Counted from the whole stretch's first letter, positions 45,866-56,308 are shown. The stretch is DNA of 62,408 nt, filler included, from Rhizaria sp. SCN 62-66 (GCA_001724265.1; 4 parts of 4 records of this genome joined end to end with filler, not necessarily neighbours in it); one strand, 5' to 3'. Made by a program: numbers and translations. The notes: generated from the sequence alone by a model not told the origin.

Positions 45866-46913
45866 ATATAATAATAATGATGATCATTGAAGAAGCAATT
45901 CTTCTCCGAGGTCGTTTCCCTCTTGTATCATTTATATAATGATCATTGAAGAAACAATTACAGGTCGTTACCTTTTTAAGGTGTTTCCCTGATCAAAAAG
46001 AAACAAAACTTTGAGCGGTCTTTACCTTTTATCTTTAAGATAAGGTGTTTCCCCACAAAGAAACGAAATTTTCGAGGGTTTTCCCTCTCCTGTATCATTT
46101 ATATAATGATCAGAAAGAAACAATTCTTCGATATCTTTCTCTCATGTATCATTTAATAATAAGAATGTTGTGGGATTCGTCTCACAGTTTTTGTTTTTCC
46201 CCCCAACCTCCCTCTCCTCTCTTTTTTTATGGTCACAAAAAAGAGAGAAGAGGGAGGGAAAGACGAAACATTCATATAAAATGATCATGATGATCAAAAT
46301 GATCATAAAGAAAAGTATCATTTAATAAGAATGTTGTGGGATTCGTCTCACAGTTTTTGTTTTTCCCCCCAACCTCCCTCTCCTCTCTTTTTTGTAACCA
46401 TAAAAAGAGAGAAGAGGGAGGGAAAGACGAAACATTCATATATAATGATCAAAATGACCAAAATGATCATAAAGAAAAGTATCATTTAATAAGAATGTTG
46501 TGGGATTCGTCTCACAGTTTTTGTTTTTCCCCCCAACCTCCCTCTTCTCTCTTTTTTTATGGTCAGAAAAAAGAGAGGAGAGGGAGGGAAAGACAAAGCA
46601 TTCATATATAATGATCAAAATGACCAAAATGATCATAAAGAAAGAAAAGTATCATTTAATAATAAGAATGTTGTGGGATTCGTTTTCACGTTTTTCCCCT
46701 GTCAATCTCTCTCTTTCCTCTCTTTTTTGACCAGAAAAAGAGATTCGTCTCCTCTCTTTTGGACAAAAAAGAGAGAAAAGGGAGGGAAAGATGGAAACAT
46801 TCATTTATATAATGATCATTGAAGAAAAGTTTCGCAAGGTCTTTCCTTTTTTTTAATCTAACAAGAGAGAGATTCGTCTTCTCTTAAGAGAAAAAAAGGG
46901 AAAGACCGATTCA
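45866..46913 (+). repeat. ITS1 (~1.05 kb) with ~165-170 nt tandem repeats
   Basis: Units start at 46146, 46315, 46479 and 46649. Each has a pyrimidine/purine hairpin CCTCCCTCT..TTTTT / AAAAAGAGA..GAGGGAGG. Confidence 0.85.
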
Positions 46914-47066
46914 AAAAGCTATATGGTTGATGACTAGGTTCGTGTAACGAGGAAGAACGTAGTGAATTACGAAATTTCTTATGAATTGCAAACCCTCCGG
47001 GGGATTACTACGGTATTCTAATGCTCTCTCGCACTCAATAATATGAGTAACCTTGTTTGATTGTCA
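46914..47066 (+). rRNA. 5.8S rRNA (divergent; ends approximate)
   Basis: CGAGGAAGAACGTAGTGAA...ATGAATTGCA motifs, located between SSU and LSU. Confidence 0.8.
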
Positions 47067-47204
47067 TTTTTTAAAGAATATAATGATGAATCCTTCTCTT
47101 TGTAACAAAAGAGGGGGGGGGGAAAATAATTATATTTTGGTAAACACCAATTTATTTGTTGTTATTGGAGAATGACATCATTCCAGGTAGGCAACCCGCT
47201 GAAC

Positions 47205-47237
<33 letters not shown>

Positions 47238-48187
47238 AACAAGGATTCCCTTAGTAGCGGCGAGTGAAAAGGGAAAAGTCCATCCTGAGGGGTGTTAAAA
47301 CCCGATGCGGGGTAAAAAGGTAAATCTAGAAACCGTATTATTATTAATGTATCCGGAAATGGAATATGTCTACTCTTTTGAGGACCAAAGAAAGTGAAAG
47401 TCTTTGATTAATAATGATATAGGGGATAAGATTTTAACCAACGAGTACAGTTGTTTGATAATACAGCTGGAATATGGGAGGTAAATTCCTTTTAAGACTA
47501 AATACACTACACGAAACCGATAGTTCACAAGTACCGCGAGGGAACGGTGAAAAGCACTCTGATAAGAGGGTGAAAAGCGTCTGAAACTATATAGCGTTTA
47601 ATCGTAATGATTACGCTTCGAAACACATTTTAACGGATGTGCAATACTAATAAATAGTATGTATGCATGCCGATGTGATACTACTTGTTCGAAAGAACAG
47701 TTTTTGAGGGTAATAAATCGACTATCAAGACTATGACGAATAAAGAAAACAAAGTTACGAGAGGGGTTTTCCGTTAAAAGTAACCAATCTTACTAAGGTT
47801 GTCTTTTTTTATTAAGAGTATGGATGTCAATTATCCCTTTCAAGGTAGTTATCAAATTGATGAAGCGTTTGTTACGTCCCGTCTTGAAACACGGACCAAG
47901 GAATTTGTCGTTTATGCAAGTCATTCGGTTTTTAAAACCGAAGGACATAATGAAAGTGATTTTTTCTTCGAGTATGTACAATACCCACCTTACTAGTAGA
48001 TATCCGACACAGGTAACAAGATATCATAGTCAAGAGTGTGAGTATAAACGGCAAGACCCGAAAGGTTGTGATCTATACTTGACATGGTAGAAGTCAAAGG
48101 AAACTTTGATGGAAGACCTCCGAACGGTGCTGACGTGCAGATCGCTTGTCAGAGTTGAGTATAGGGGCGAAAGACTCATCGAACAAT

Positions 48188-49294
48188 CAAAAAAGAAACG
48201 GAAACCAAATGCCCAAACACAAACGTGATAAAAGCGAAACTGATATCGAAGCAAAAAAGGCAAAAAATGAGAAAATTCAAAACTTTTCCTTAAGTTTTAA
48301 GGAACAGTTCCCAAAATCCAACGTGATCAACGCATATACGATTAGACAGTTGGAGGGATTCTACAAGAATTTGAAAAAAGAAGCAACAAAAGAGAGTCCA
48401 CGATTATATGGCATTGATGTCAATAACTTGAAAAAATTGATGTCTATTGTCAATACTCGAGACGGCACGTACTGGTACAAGTACGTGTACTGCCTAGTTT
48501 CTCACTTGAAACCCCAAAAAACAAGCCATCCTCGGTATCAAACAAGAGCGCCACCCAAGGAAAAGGAGTACATGATAAAAAAGTACTGTTCCGTAAAGGA
48601 ACTGGATTGCCAAGTTAAACTTGCTGTCCACCATATCTCGTATGTAATAGCATACGAGAAAGAGCTTGATTTTTTGGGTTCAGGATCAGGAAACAGCAAA
48701 GTTGTTGAGCATTTGTGCGATGTAAAAGGTTGTTTCCGTAAAGGACATATTAACCCTGTTTTGGTCACACCCAAACAGAACGTCGACAGAGCCAATAGCA
48801 GATGCAAAGGTTGGATATTGGTTGTTGCTAATGGAGTAATTATTACAGAAAAATGTCTATGTAATCATCATCCAGCCTGTGTTGCGGTATCCGTAGTCGC
48901 AATAAACTAAGTGTTTGCGAGTATTTCATTGTATCTTAAAAGGTTGTTAATAGGGCACTAAAAGGGTGACCCTAGTCTTGTTATCTTTACAAGGCGACAC
49001 TGTCAAATTGCGGGAACACCCTAAAGCTTTCACTACCAAGCATACCTCGAAAGAGAGTATGTGGCCGGGGTAATGACCTAGGGTATGGTAAAAACGTGAA
49101 AGATGCTTAGAGTCAAAAGAAAAAGCAATAACAATGGGCAATCCGCAGCCAAGTCCTAAAAAACCAAAAAAATGTATTAAATTTTATTGGTAATATGGAT
49201 GCAGTTCAGAGACTAAATGGCAGTGGGTCTTTATATGAAAATGTAAAGGCTTAAGATATAGTCCCCACCATACGGAAACGTATGGAGTTTTGGG
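48188..49294 (+). mobile_element. Group I (IC1) intron at L798 with homing endonuclease gene
   Basis: Exons GAACAAT^CTAGTAGCTGG. The IGS GTTGTT at 48943 lies after the ORF. Full IC1 core at 48990-49265. Confidence 0.93.
48209..48910 (+). CDS. His-Cys box homing endonuclease (L798), 233 aa
   Basis: VHHISY...EHLCDVKGCFRKGH...KQNVDR..RC...CLCNHHPAC and a basic N-terminus. First ATG inside the intron. Confidence 0.87.
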   Translation: MPKHKRDKSETDIEAKKAKNEKIQNFSLSFKEQFPKSNVINAYTIRQLEGFYKNLKKEATKESPRLYGIDVNNLKKLMSIVNTRDGTYWYKYVYCLVSHLKPQKTSHPRYQTRAPPKEKEYMIKKYCSVKELDCQVKLAVHHISYVIAYEKELDFLGSGSGNSKVVEHLCDVKGCFRKGHINPVLVTPKQNVDRANSRCKGWILVVANGVIITEKCLCNHHPACVAVSVVAIN

Positions 49295-50752
49295 CTAGTA
49301 GCTGGTTTCCTCCGAAATATCTCTCAGGATAGCAAAAACTCACTAGTTATGTCTGGTAAAGCAAATGATTAGCGGTCTTGGAGTTTAACGATTTCATCCG
49401 ATTCTCAAACTCTAAATGGGCAACAAAGAGAGTCGACAAGACTCTTGTTAGAACTTTAATTACTTAAACCTGGTTTTTTTGAATTAAGTTCTGTAATAAA
49501 ATGAGTTTTTAGTGGGCAGGGCTTGGTAAGCAGGTCAGGCGATGTGGGATGAACTGTTAGTTGGTAAGAAAAGTTTCGAAAAAAAGTTTAATCGATACCA
49601 TAAAAGGCGTAAGTTCATCCAGACAGTTGGACGGTGGTCATGGAAGTTGAAAACCGCCAAGGAGTGTGTAACAACTCACCAACCGAATGAACTTGCCCTG
49701 AAAATGGAAGAAGCTTATACTTTTGAGCTTCTCTTATACCGTTATATTGTTATACATACAAAAAAAAATATAACGAGTAGGAGGACGTCTATATCAGCGG
49801 TAAAGTTTAATCGAGATGATTAAATGAAGCGGTATAGAGTGCAGATCTTGGTGGTAGTAGCAATTATTCAAACGAGATGGTTATTTCTAAGAATTGTTAT
49901 GCAATTTTTAGATATGTTTAGCTTTGAAGACCGTGGTGGAGAAGGTTTCCCCGTCAATGGCACTCATACGGGGGTTAGTCGGTCCTAATTAGTTGGTTAA
50001 CTCTCTGGAATGAAATCCCCTATATGGGGTCATACTTTGAAAGGGAAGTAGGTTGATATTCCTACACTAATTAATCCCTCATCGTAAAAAAAGCTTATTG
50101 ATAGGCAAGGTGGTAGCTTGTAACTAGTTGGAGTTTTCTATTCTAACTAACTTGAAATCGGGAGCGCTCAGTAATCGGGTCATTAGGCGATTGAGACTGC
50201 TTTTCGGAAGATCACTAGTATTTGCTAGTGAGAGTTACCTAGTTACTACAAGGAAAAAGCTTATTAATTATGTTTTAAAAAAGGGGAAGCAATTAACCGT
50301 ACCAGATACCGCAACAGGTCTCCAAAGTGATCAGTTTCTGGTTTTGTAGAGTTTAATGTAGGTAAGGGAAGTCGGCAAAACGGATTTGTATCTTAGGGAT
50401 AAAGGTTGGCTCTTTAGATAAAGTATTGTGGTAAAGCTCTAATAATTACTATATGGTGGTCTTAAGTTTCTTTGGATTATAAGTAATCGCAAGATGAAAG
50501 TAATTTAAAGGGTTTATAACTTCTCGGTAATTATAAGGTTTTACAGCGTTGTAAAAGACCGTTTGCGATACTATTTGTTATCAAATAAGAACTGATGGAA
50601 TCCGGAGGAATCTGACTGTTTAATTAAAACCAAGCAAAGAGTTGACTTGAAAAAGGCACGCCCTCTTTGTGATTTCTGCCCAGTGCCTGAATGTTAAGGT
50701 GAAGAGATTCGAACAAGCACGGGTCAACGGCGGGAGTAACTATGACTCTCTT

Positions 50753-51744
50753 GAACATTTATAATAGTTTTTAATGCCAAGCAAAAAATCAAAACCAAGG
50801 GCTTGTACGGTTGATAATTGTAAAAAGGCATACAGAAGATTCGTTAAGGAAATAATGGATAATGATCTGCTTGAGATTGCTGGCAATGAATATTGCTTCT
50901 TCTATGATTTATGCGGTTTTAGGAACCAATATAGAATTGGTTACAAGAAGAACGGGAGTAAATACTTTCGAGTAAAAACCCACAGAATGTGGTTTTACTC
51001 GTCTGCTGAATTGATCGCAATGGCGGAAGATCACAAGAATTACACGGTGAGCCACTTGTGTCACGGAAGCGGATGTATTAATCCAAATCATCTTGTTCTG
51101 GAATCGTTAGCTGTAAACAAATCGAGGAACGTTTGTCCAGCTGGATCAAAATGTTGGCACGAGCCAAAATGCATTAGAGAAGGACATCAATTAAGCAATC
51201 AGAAGATAGCTTATTGGGATGGATGCAAAATGTCGAAACAGAGTAAATAACCATTTTCCAAAACGTTTTAAAGCTATTTTGAGAGAGATAGGTGGGTGCC
51301 GGCACTTGTTATAAAACCGCCAATAACAAGGAACGGAATAAACACTATGCCACCTAGTCAACGTTTAGTTGGCAACACACCTGGTTGCGGAGAGTCCTAC
51401 CTGGCAACATTTTAATATAGTTGCAAAGATAGGGAAGTATTATCTACCACCTCATCAAGGAAGTAGGGGCGAATGAGCTTATCGAGTACTTGTTTGAGGG
51501 ACCACGGTTAATGCCCGTTCCCAATGGTAATCAACGGTAATGCTAATGGATAACCCGCAGGCGAGTCTGCCTTTACAGACCGTCTCATCGACTGGTAAGG
51601 TGTGCGTTTACAAGTAAAAAAGAGAAAGAGATAGTTTATACTTGTAGGCGTAAGGTACAGTCAGCACCACGGGTAACCGGCACTGGATCTTGAAAAAAAC
51701 CAGTGGCTTTTTTTTTGACTTTTCAAAAAAGGCGGATTAATGCG
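50753..51744 (+). mobile_element. Group I intron at L1926 (IE-like core) with homing endonuclease gene
   Basis: Exons CTCTCTT^AAGGTAGCC. IGS GAGAGAG at 51281. Core CTGGTTGCGG, AACCCGCAGG, CGACTGGTAAGGTGTG and TAAGGTACAGTC. Confidence 0.92.
50774..51250 (+). CDS. His-Cys box homing endonuclease, I-PpoI-like, 158 aa
   Basis: THR...SHLCHGSGCINPNHLVLESLAVNKSRNVCPAGSKCWHEPKC parallels I-PpoI [30 protein letters not shown]. Confidence 0.93.
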   Translation: MPSKKSKPRACTVDNCKKAYRRFVKEIMDNDLLEIAGNEYCFFYDLCGFRNQYRIGYKKNGSKYFRVKTHRMWFYSSAELIAMAEDHKNYTVSHLCHGSGCINPNHLVLESLAVNKSRNVCPAGSKCWHEPKCIREGHQLSNQKIAYWDGCKMSKQSK

Positions 51745-51767
51745 AAGGTAGCCAAATGCCTCGTCAT

Positions 51768-52179
51768 TCTCAAATGAGTGATTAAAAGCTGTCCAGTAAT
51801 GGACAGCTAGTGAGTGTGTCACGTCCTTATCAGACTGACATGCTTGCAACACCTTCAAATTGCGGGAAAATCCTAAAGCTTAGAATACCGCGGCTCGTCG
51901 AAAGATTGAGTGTCAGCAGGTGGTCGAAAGACCACTGGATGGTAAGAACGTCTGAGATGGAACAATGGACAATCCGCAGCCAAGTCCTAACCCTTGAACG
52001 AGGTATGGATGCAGTTCACAGACTAAATGGAGGTGGGTCATTTTCATCATTAGATTATGGCTTAAGATATAGTCGGTCCCACTCCGAAAGGAGTGCTACA
52101 AGGAGGAATCTGACTGAGGGCAACCAAAGTCAGAGGAGAGCCTTGTAGGTGGTGCTTTTCTAGTACTACGGGTTAAACG
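51768..52179 (+). ncRNA. Group I (IC1) intron at L1949
   Basis: Exons CTCGTCAT^TTAATTTGTGACG, conserved core, terminal G. Confidence 0.93.
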
Positions 52180-52296
52180 TTAATTTGTGACGCGCATGAA
52201 TGGATCAACGAGATTCCTACTGTCCCTACTTACGTTCTAGCGAACCCACAGCCAAGGGAACGGGCTTGGGCATTGACAGCGGGGAAAGAAGACCCT

Positions 52297-52735
52297 AAAA
52301 AAACTCTTTGGGGTAGCTATAAGACAAAGTTATAGCTAAACATCATCAAATTGCGGGAAGTCCCTAAAGCCTTTATTTGGTACCGCTCTAGTACTGAAAA
52401 GTCTAACTAGTTGCACCACTGGGAAACTAGTGGGTATGGTAAGAATCCAAAAGGATATATATAATGTTCAACACAATATATAATGGGTAATCCGCAGCCA
52501 AATCCTAAACTAAGGCGCTCTTAAAAAGAGAGAGAGTCCCCTGGCATTTGGATGCAGTTCAGAGACTATATGGTGGTGGGTTACTAATGAAAACAAGTAG
52601 CTAAACAATGATGCAAACGTTGGAAGTAGCTTAAGATATAGTCCGGCCTTTATTGAAAAATAAGCCTTATGAGTTTACATGAGGCATTCCATTTCATTTT
52701 CTTTACGAAACGCGAGATGGAATGGGATAAAACCG
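52297..52735 (+). ncRNA. Group I (IC1) intron at L2066
   Basis: Exons GAAGACCCT^GTTGAG, IGS GGGGT, conserved core. Confidence 0.93.
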
Positions 52736-53174
52736 GTTGAGTTTGACTCTAGTCTAATTTGGTAAAATGACGCGAGGGATGTAGTATAGGTGGTAGAGCA
52801 ATCAACAATGAAATACCACTGCTTTTGGTTGTCATTTGACTCACTCTATGAAAAGCAAATCCCTTTCGGGGGATCGTTTAACAAGTGGTTGAATTCTTAG
52901 GAATTTAATTATGCACTGAATTGATAGGGTACAGAATTAGGTGGGGAGTTTGGCTGGGGCGGCACATCTGTTAAACGATAACGCAGGTGTACAAAGGTTA
53001 GCACAAGTTGGTCAGAAACCAACTGTAGCGGATAAGGCCATTAGCTAGCCTGACTAGTATTTTCAGTACAAGTACTAGCTGCGAAAGCGCGTCCTTACGA
53101 TCCTTTAGTGAAATTATATTTTATAGTCTTTCAGAATTTGAAGCTAGAGGTGTCAGAAAAATTACCACAGGGAT

Positions 53175-53303
53175 CTCCATATTTTATCCTTTGAAACAAA
53201 TGGAAATTGTAATAGAATTTAAGTGACTGTTTAAGAAGAAAAATATATATATAAAATGATACAGTCCCATGTAAAAAAAGAGAAGTAAACAAACAATACT
53301 TGG
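53175..53303 (+). ncRNA. 129-nt degenerate group I-like mini-intron at L2449
   Basis: Splits ACAGGGAT^AACTGGC, follows a U and ends in G. Only a P7-like GACTGT/ACAGTC pairing is recognisable. Confidence 0.8.
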
Positions 53304-53327
53304 AACTGGCTTGTGGCAGCCAAGCGT

Positions 53328-53768
53328 TCATAAAATATTATCATGATCATATATGATTATGTTAATATTTTGCTATGAGCGCAAGCATTAGTGAAAAGCT
53401 ATGTGCTAGTCACCGGGTCTGGTGGCAACATTGTCAAATTGCCGGAACATCTTGTTAGGTCCTTGGTACCGCCTTTGCACTGAAAAGTGTGATAAAAATG
53501 GCACCACGGTGAAAGTCGTGGGTATGGTAATAATCCAATGAATAAAGATAATCGGCAGCCAAGTCCTAAACCTCCTTTTGTGTGAGGCATGGATGCAGTT
53601 CACAGACTAAATGGCAATGGGTCATTTTCATCATTAGATTATGGCTTAAGATATAGTCGGGCCCTCTGGAGACAGAGCTGTTGGATAAAGAATGGATGAC
53701 AGACCCAATTTCTATCTATTCCCGAGCCAACAGAGGAGAGTTTATTATAAACTCTCTGGGACAAACCG
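53328..53768 (+). ncRNA. Group I (IC1) intron at L2473
   Basis: Exons CAAGCGT^TCATAGCGAC. The IGS GCTATGAGCGC pairs with both exons. Conserved core. Confidence 0.92.
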
Positions 53769-53781
53769 TCATAGCGACGTT

Positions 53782-53815
<34 letters not shown>

Positions 53816-53879
53816 CTAGCGAAGCAGAATTCACTAAGGGTTAGATTGTTCACCTACTAACAGGGAACGTGAGCTGGGT

Positions 53880-54407
53880 TTGTAAATAATGAATGAAGAA
53901 AGTTTCCCGTTCATTATTAAGAAAAGCCCAATAGTTAAGAGGTACAAAGTGGTGAATTTCACGGTTCGCATATATCAATACACGGACGTACAAGGAAACT
54001 CTTGGCCCAATTGAGTGCAACAAAGATCGTCAAATTGTTCGGGGAAGCCCTTAAGCTCTTATCGCCGCCTGTGGCTCGAAAGAGAAGAAACATGCCCATC
54101 TATTCAGAGTATAAGTCTGTATTGTGCATGTACCACAGAGCCCCAAGTTCCTTGGGAGGAAAAAGTATAAGAGATTGGGCAATCCGCAGCCAAGCTCCTA
54201 ACGGTTTTTTTTAACTTATGGAGAAGGTACAACGACTGTAAGGCGTACCACGCAAGTGGAATATACAGTCTAGCCCCACGGGAAACTGTGCTCACATGTT
54301 ATTAACCAAATACTTTGCACAAATTATATATATACTTGTTATTTGGCTAGGATATGCGAGGGATTACGAGGCCTGGAGGAAATGCCAGGAAGAGTCCGGT
54401 GTAAGCG
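53880..54407 (+). ncRNA. Group I intron at L2584
   Basis: Exons GCTGGGT^TTAGACCG, IGS GCCCA, AATCCGCAGC, P7 GACTGTA/TACAGTC, and a short P8 CCAC-GCAA-GTGG. Confidence 0.9.
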
Positions 54408-54444
<37 letters not shown>

Positions 54445-55189
54445 TCAATATGGGTAAGAGATTTAGTAATTATTTGACCTTTAGTGTTAAATAACTACTA
54501 AAGCTCAGTACGAGAGGAACTGTTTTGGTCATCCGCTTTTCAGCAGGGATTAAGAGTATAACCTTGTTTGGAACGATGGGAAGAATAATCAAGTATGACT
54601 GAATGCCTCTAAGTTTGAATTCAGTGTTTTATAAGATGGAATTCGTTTTGGCCCTGGGAAGAATAATTAATGATAGCGCATTAATAATAAGTTAACTTGG
54701 AATTGAGTACATGTGGTAGCCGTTGGGGAGATAGCAAGTAAGATGTTTGCAAGTAATTCAAATTGGTATTAATATAGCCGTGAATCACTGGAATACCACC
54801 AGTTGGGACCTATAAGCAATTAAATGCATTTTTGTAGGGTCATTAAACAATCACTTGTAAGTCTTAGAGATTTGCAGGAATCGATTTGTTGAGAGGAGGT
54901 CGTAATGAAAGATTTTTCATTTACGAGCCTCTTAAATTTAATCATATAATAATATGATTCACGGTTACAGTATATATGTAAACTTCGTAGGGCATATAAC
55001 TGTTGAACAATGTGTTTTAGCACTTTCATAAGGACACATTTGTTCTAGTGTGTTTGAGCACTTTCATAAGGACACACTTATTCTGTAGGTATGATTTCTG
55101 TAGGTATGATAATAGAAGACAAGACATTTGTTGTGGAGTGTGCGTCTTTTTAGATGTTTTTTCTCTCTTGGAGAAAAGGGATGATGATT

Positions 55190-56030
55190 ACAAAGTTTGG
55201 AGGTCGTTTCGAAGGAAACAAATTCCAAGGTCTTTTCCGTTTGCTCATTTTTAAGTTGCGCGAGCTGGCATCCACCGAATCTAATTAACCTCTTTTCAGC
55301 AAGAAAAGATAGATACGGTCCAAACCCAGTCTATCCCAATTTCGTCAAGAAAAGGGATACTTTTCCACAAAAAATGAACATGAACATTAAGAAGGAAATT
55401 TCCAAGGTATTTCTCTCTTGTATCATTTAATGTTGCTCCTTCCCATTTCTCTCCTTTTTGGCAAAAAAAGAGGTGAACAATGCATCAAAAGAATAGGAAA
55501 TTCCAAGAGCTTTCCCTTTTGCTCATTTATAATAGATGCGGTCTGGGGTCCATCGAATCTAATTAACCTCTTTTCGTCAAGAAAAGAGATAGATTTTTGC
55601 CCAGTCTACAAAACCCTCTTTCGTCAAGAAAAGGGTCAGCATAAAATGAACACAAAGAAGGAAAGCACAAAGAATGGGGTTTCTAGCATATTTCTCCGTT
55701 ATATGAAATCCAGTAAGTAGATGGTTTTCTCTCTTCTTATGTACAAGAAGAGAAAAGGGGCAAATTTTCCTTCATATGTGTCGATATTACAAACTTTTGG
55801 GGGCGTTTCCAAGGAAACAAATTCTAAGGTCTTTCCCTTTATATGGTCATTTAACATTGTGGTCTGGGGTTTATCGAATCTAATTACCCTCTTTTCAGCG
55901 AGAAAAGAGATAGATTTTTGCCCAGTCTTTCCCTCTTTCGTCAAGAAAAGGGTTATTGAGTTTCCATAAAATGAACATTAAGAAGGAAATTTCCAAGGTT
56001 TTTCTCCATTGTATTATCTAATATGAATGT
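55190..56030 (+). repeat. 3' spacer, three degenerate ~300-nt repeats
   Basis: CGAATCTAATTAMCCTCTTTTC...CCCAGTCT...TTCGTCAAGAAAAGGG recurs at ~55275, ~55553 and ~55874. Confidence 0.8.
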
Positions 56031-56308
56031 TGTTCCTTGCCATCTTTCTCTTTTTTACAAAAGAGATGGACATGTAGCAAGAGAAATTCTACAAAGTCGT
56101 AACTCTAGGGGGTTGTCAATGTCTATTAGCCGTTGATCGTAAAAGTGGTCTGTTACAAGGGGGGAAATCGATTAACAATAAGAGTTGTGGATATTGTTCT
56201 ATGATGGATACCGCAAATAGCGTTTACTCGTTGCAGTATCATCATTTAATGGTTGAAGGAATGTGGAGGATTGTTAAAAGATCAACTTTTTGTTTCGTGG
56301 CTTTTGTG

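Larger units (their letters stand above)
47171..54960 (+). rRNA. 28S LSU rRNA with 7 group I-type introns (ends approximate)
   Basis: ACCCGCTGAACTTAAGCATATCAATAAGCGGAGG, CCCGTCTTGAAACACGGACC, PTC motifs and sarcin-ricin loop AGTACGAGAGGAAC. Confidence 0.96.

Noticed and set aside
48146-48208. N-terminal extension of the L798 ORF (and TTG start 42015 for S516) in the ORF track
   Set aside because: These use non-ATG starts, and for L798 the extension lies partly in rRNA exon. The first intronic ATG is the plausible start.
41428-55969. Short ORFs in rRNA exons, ITS and spacers
   Set aside because: They overlap structural RNA or repeats and show no protein motifs.
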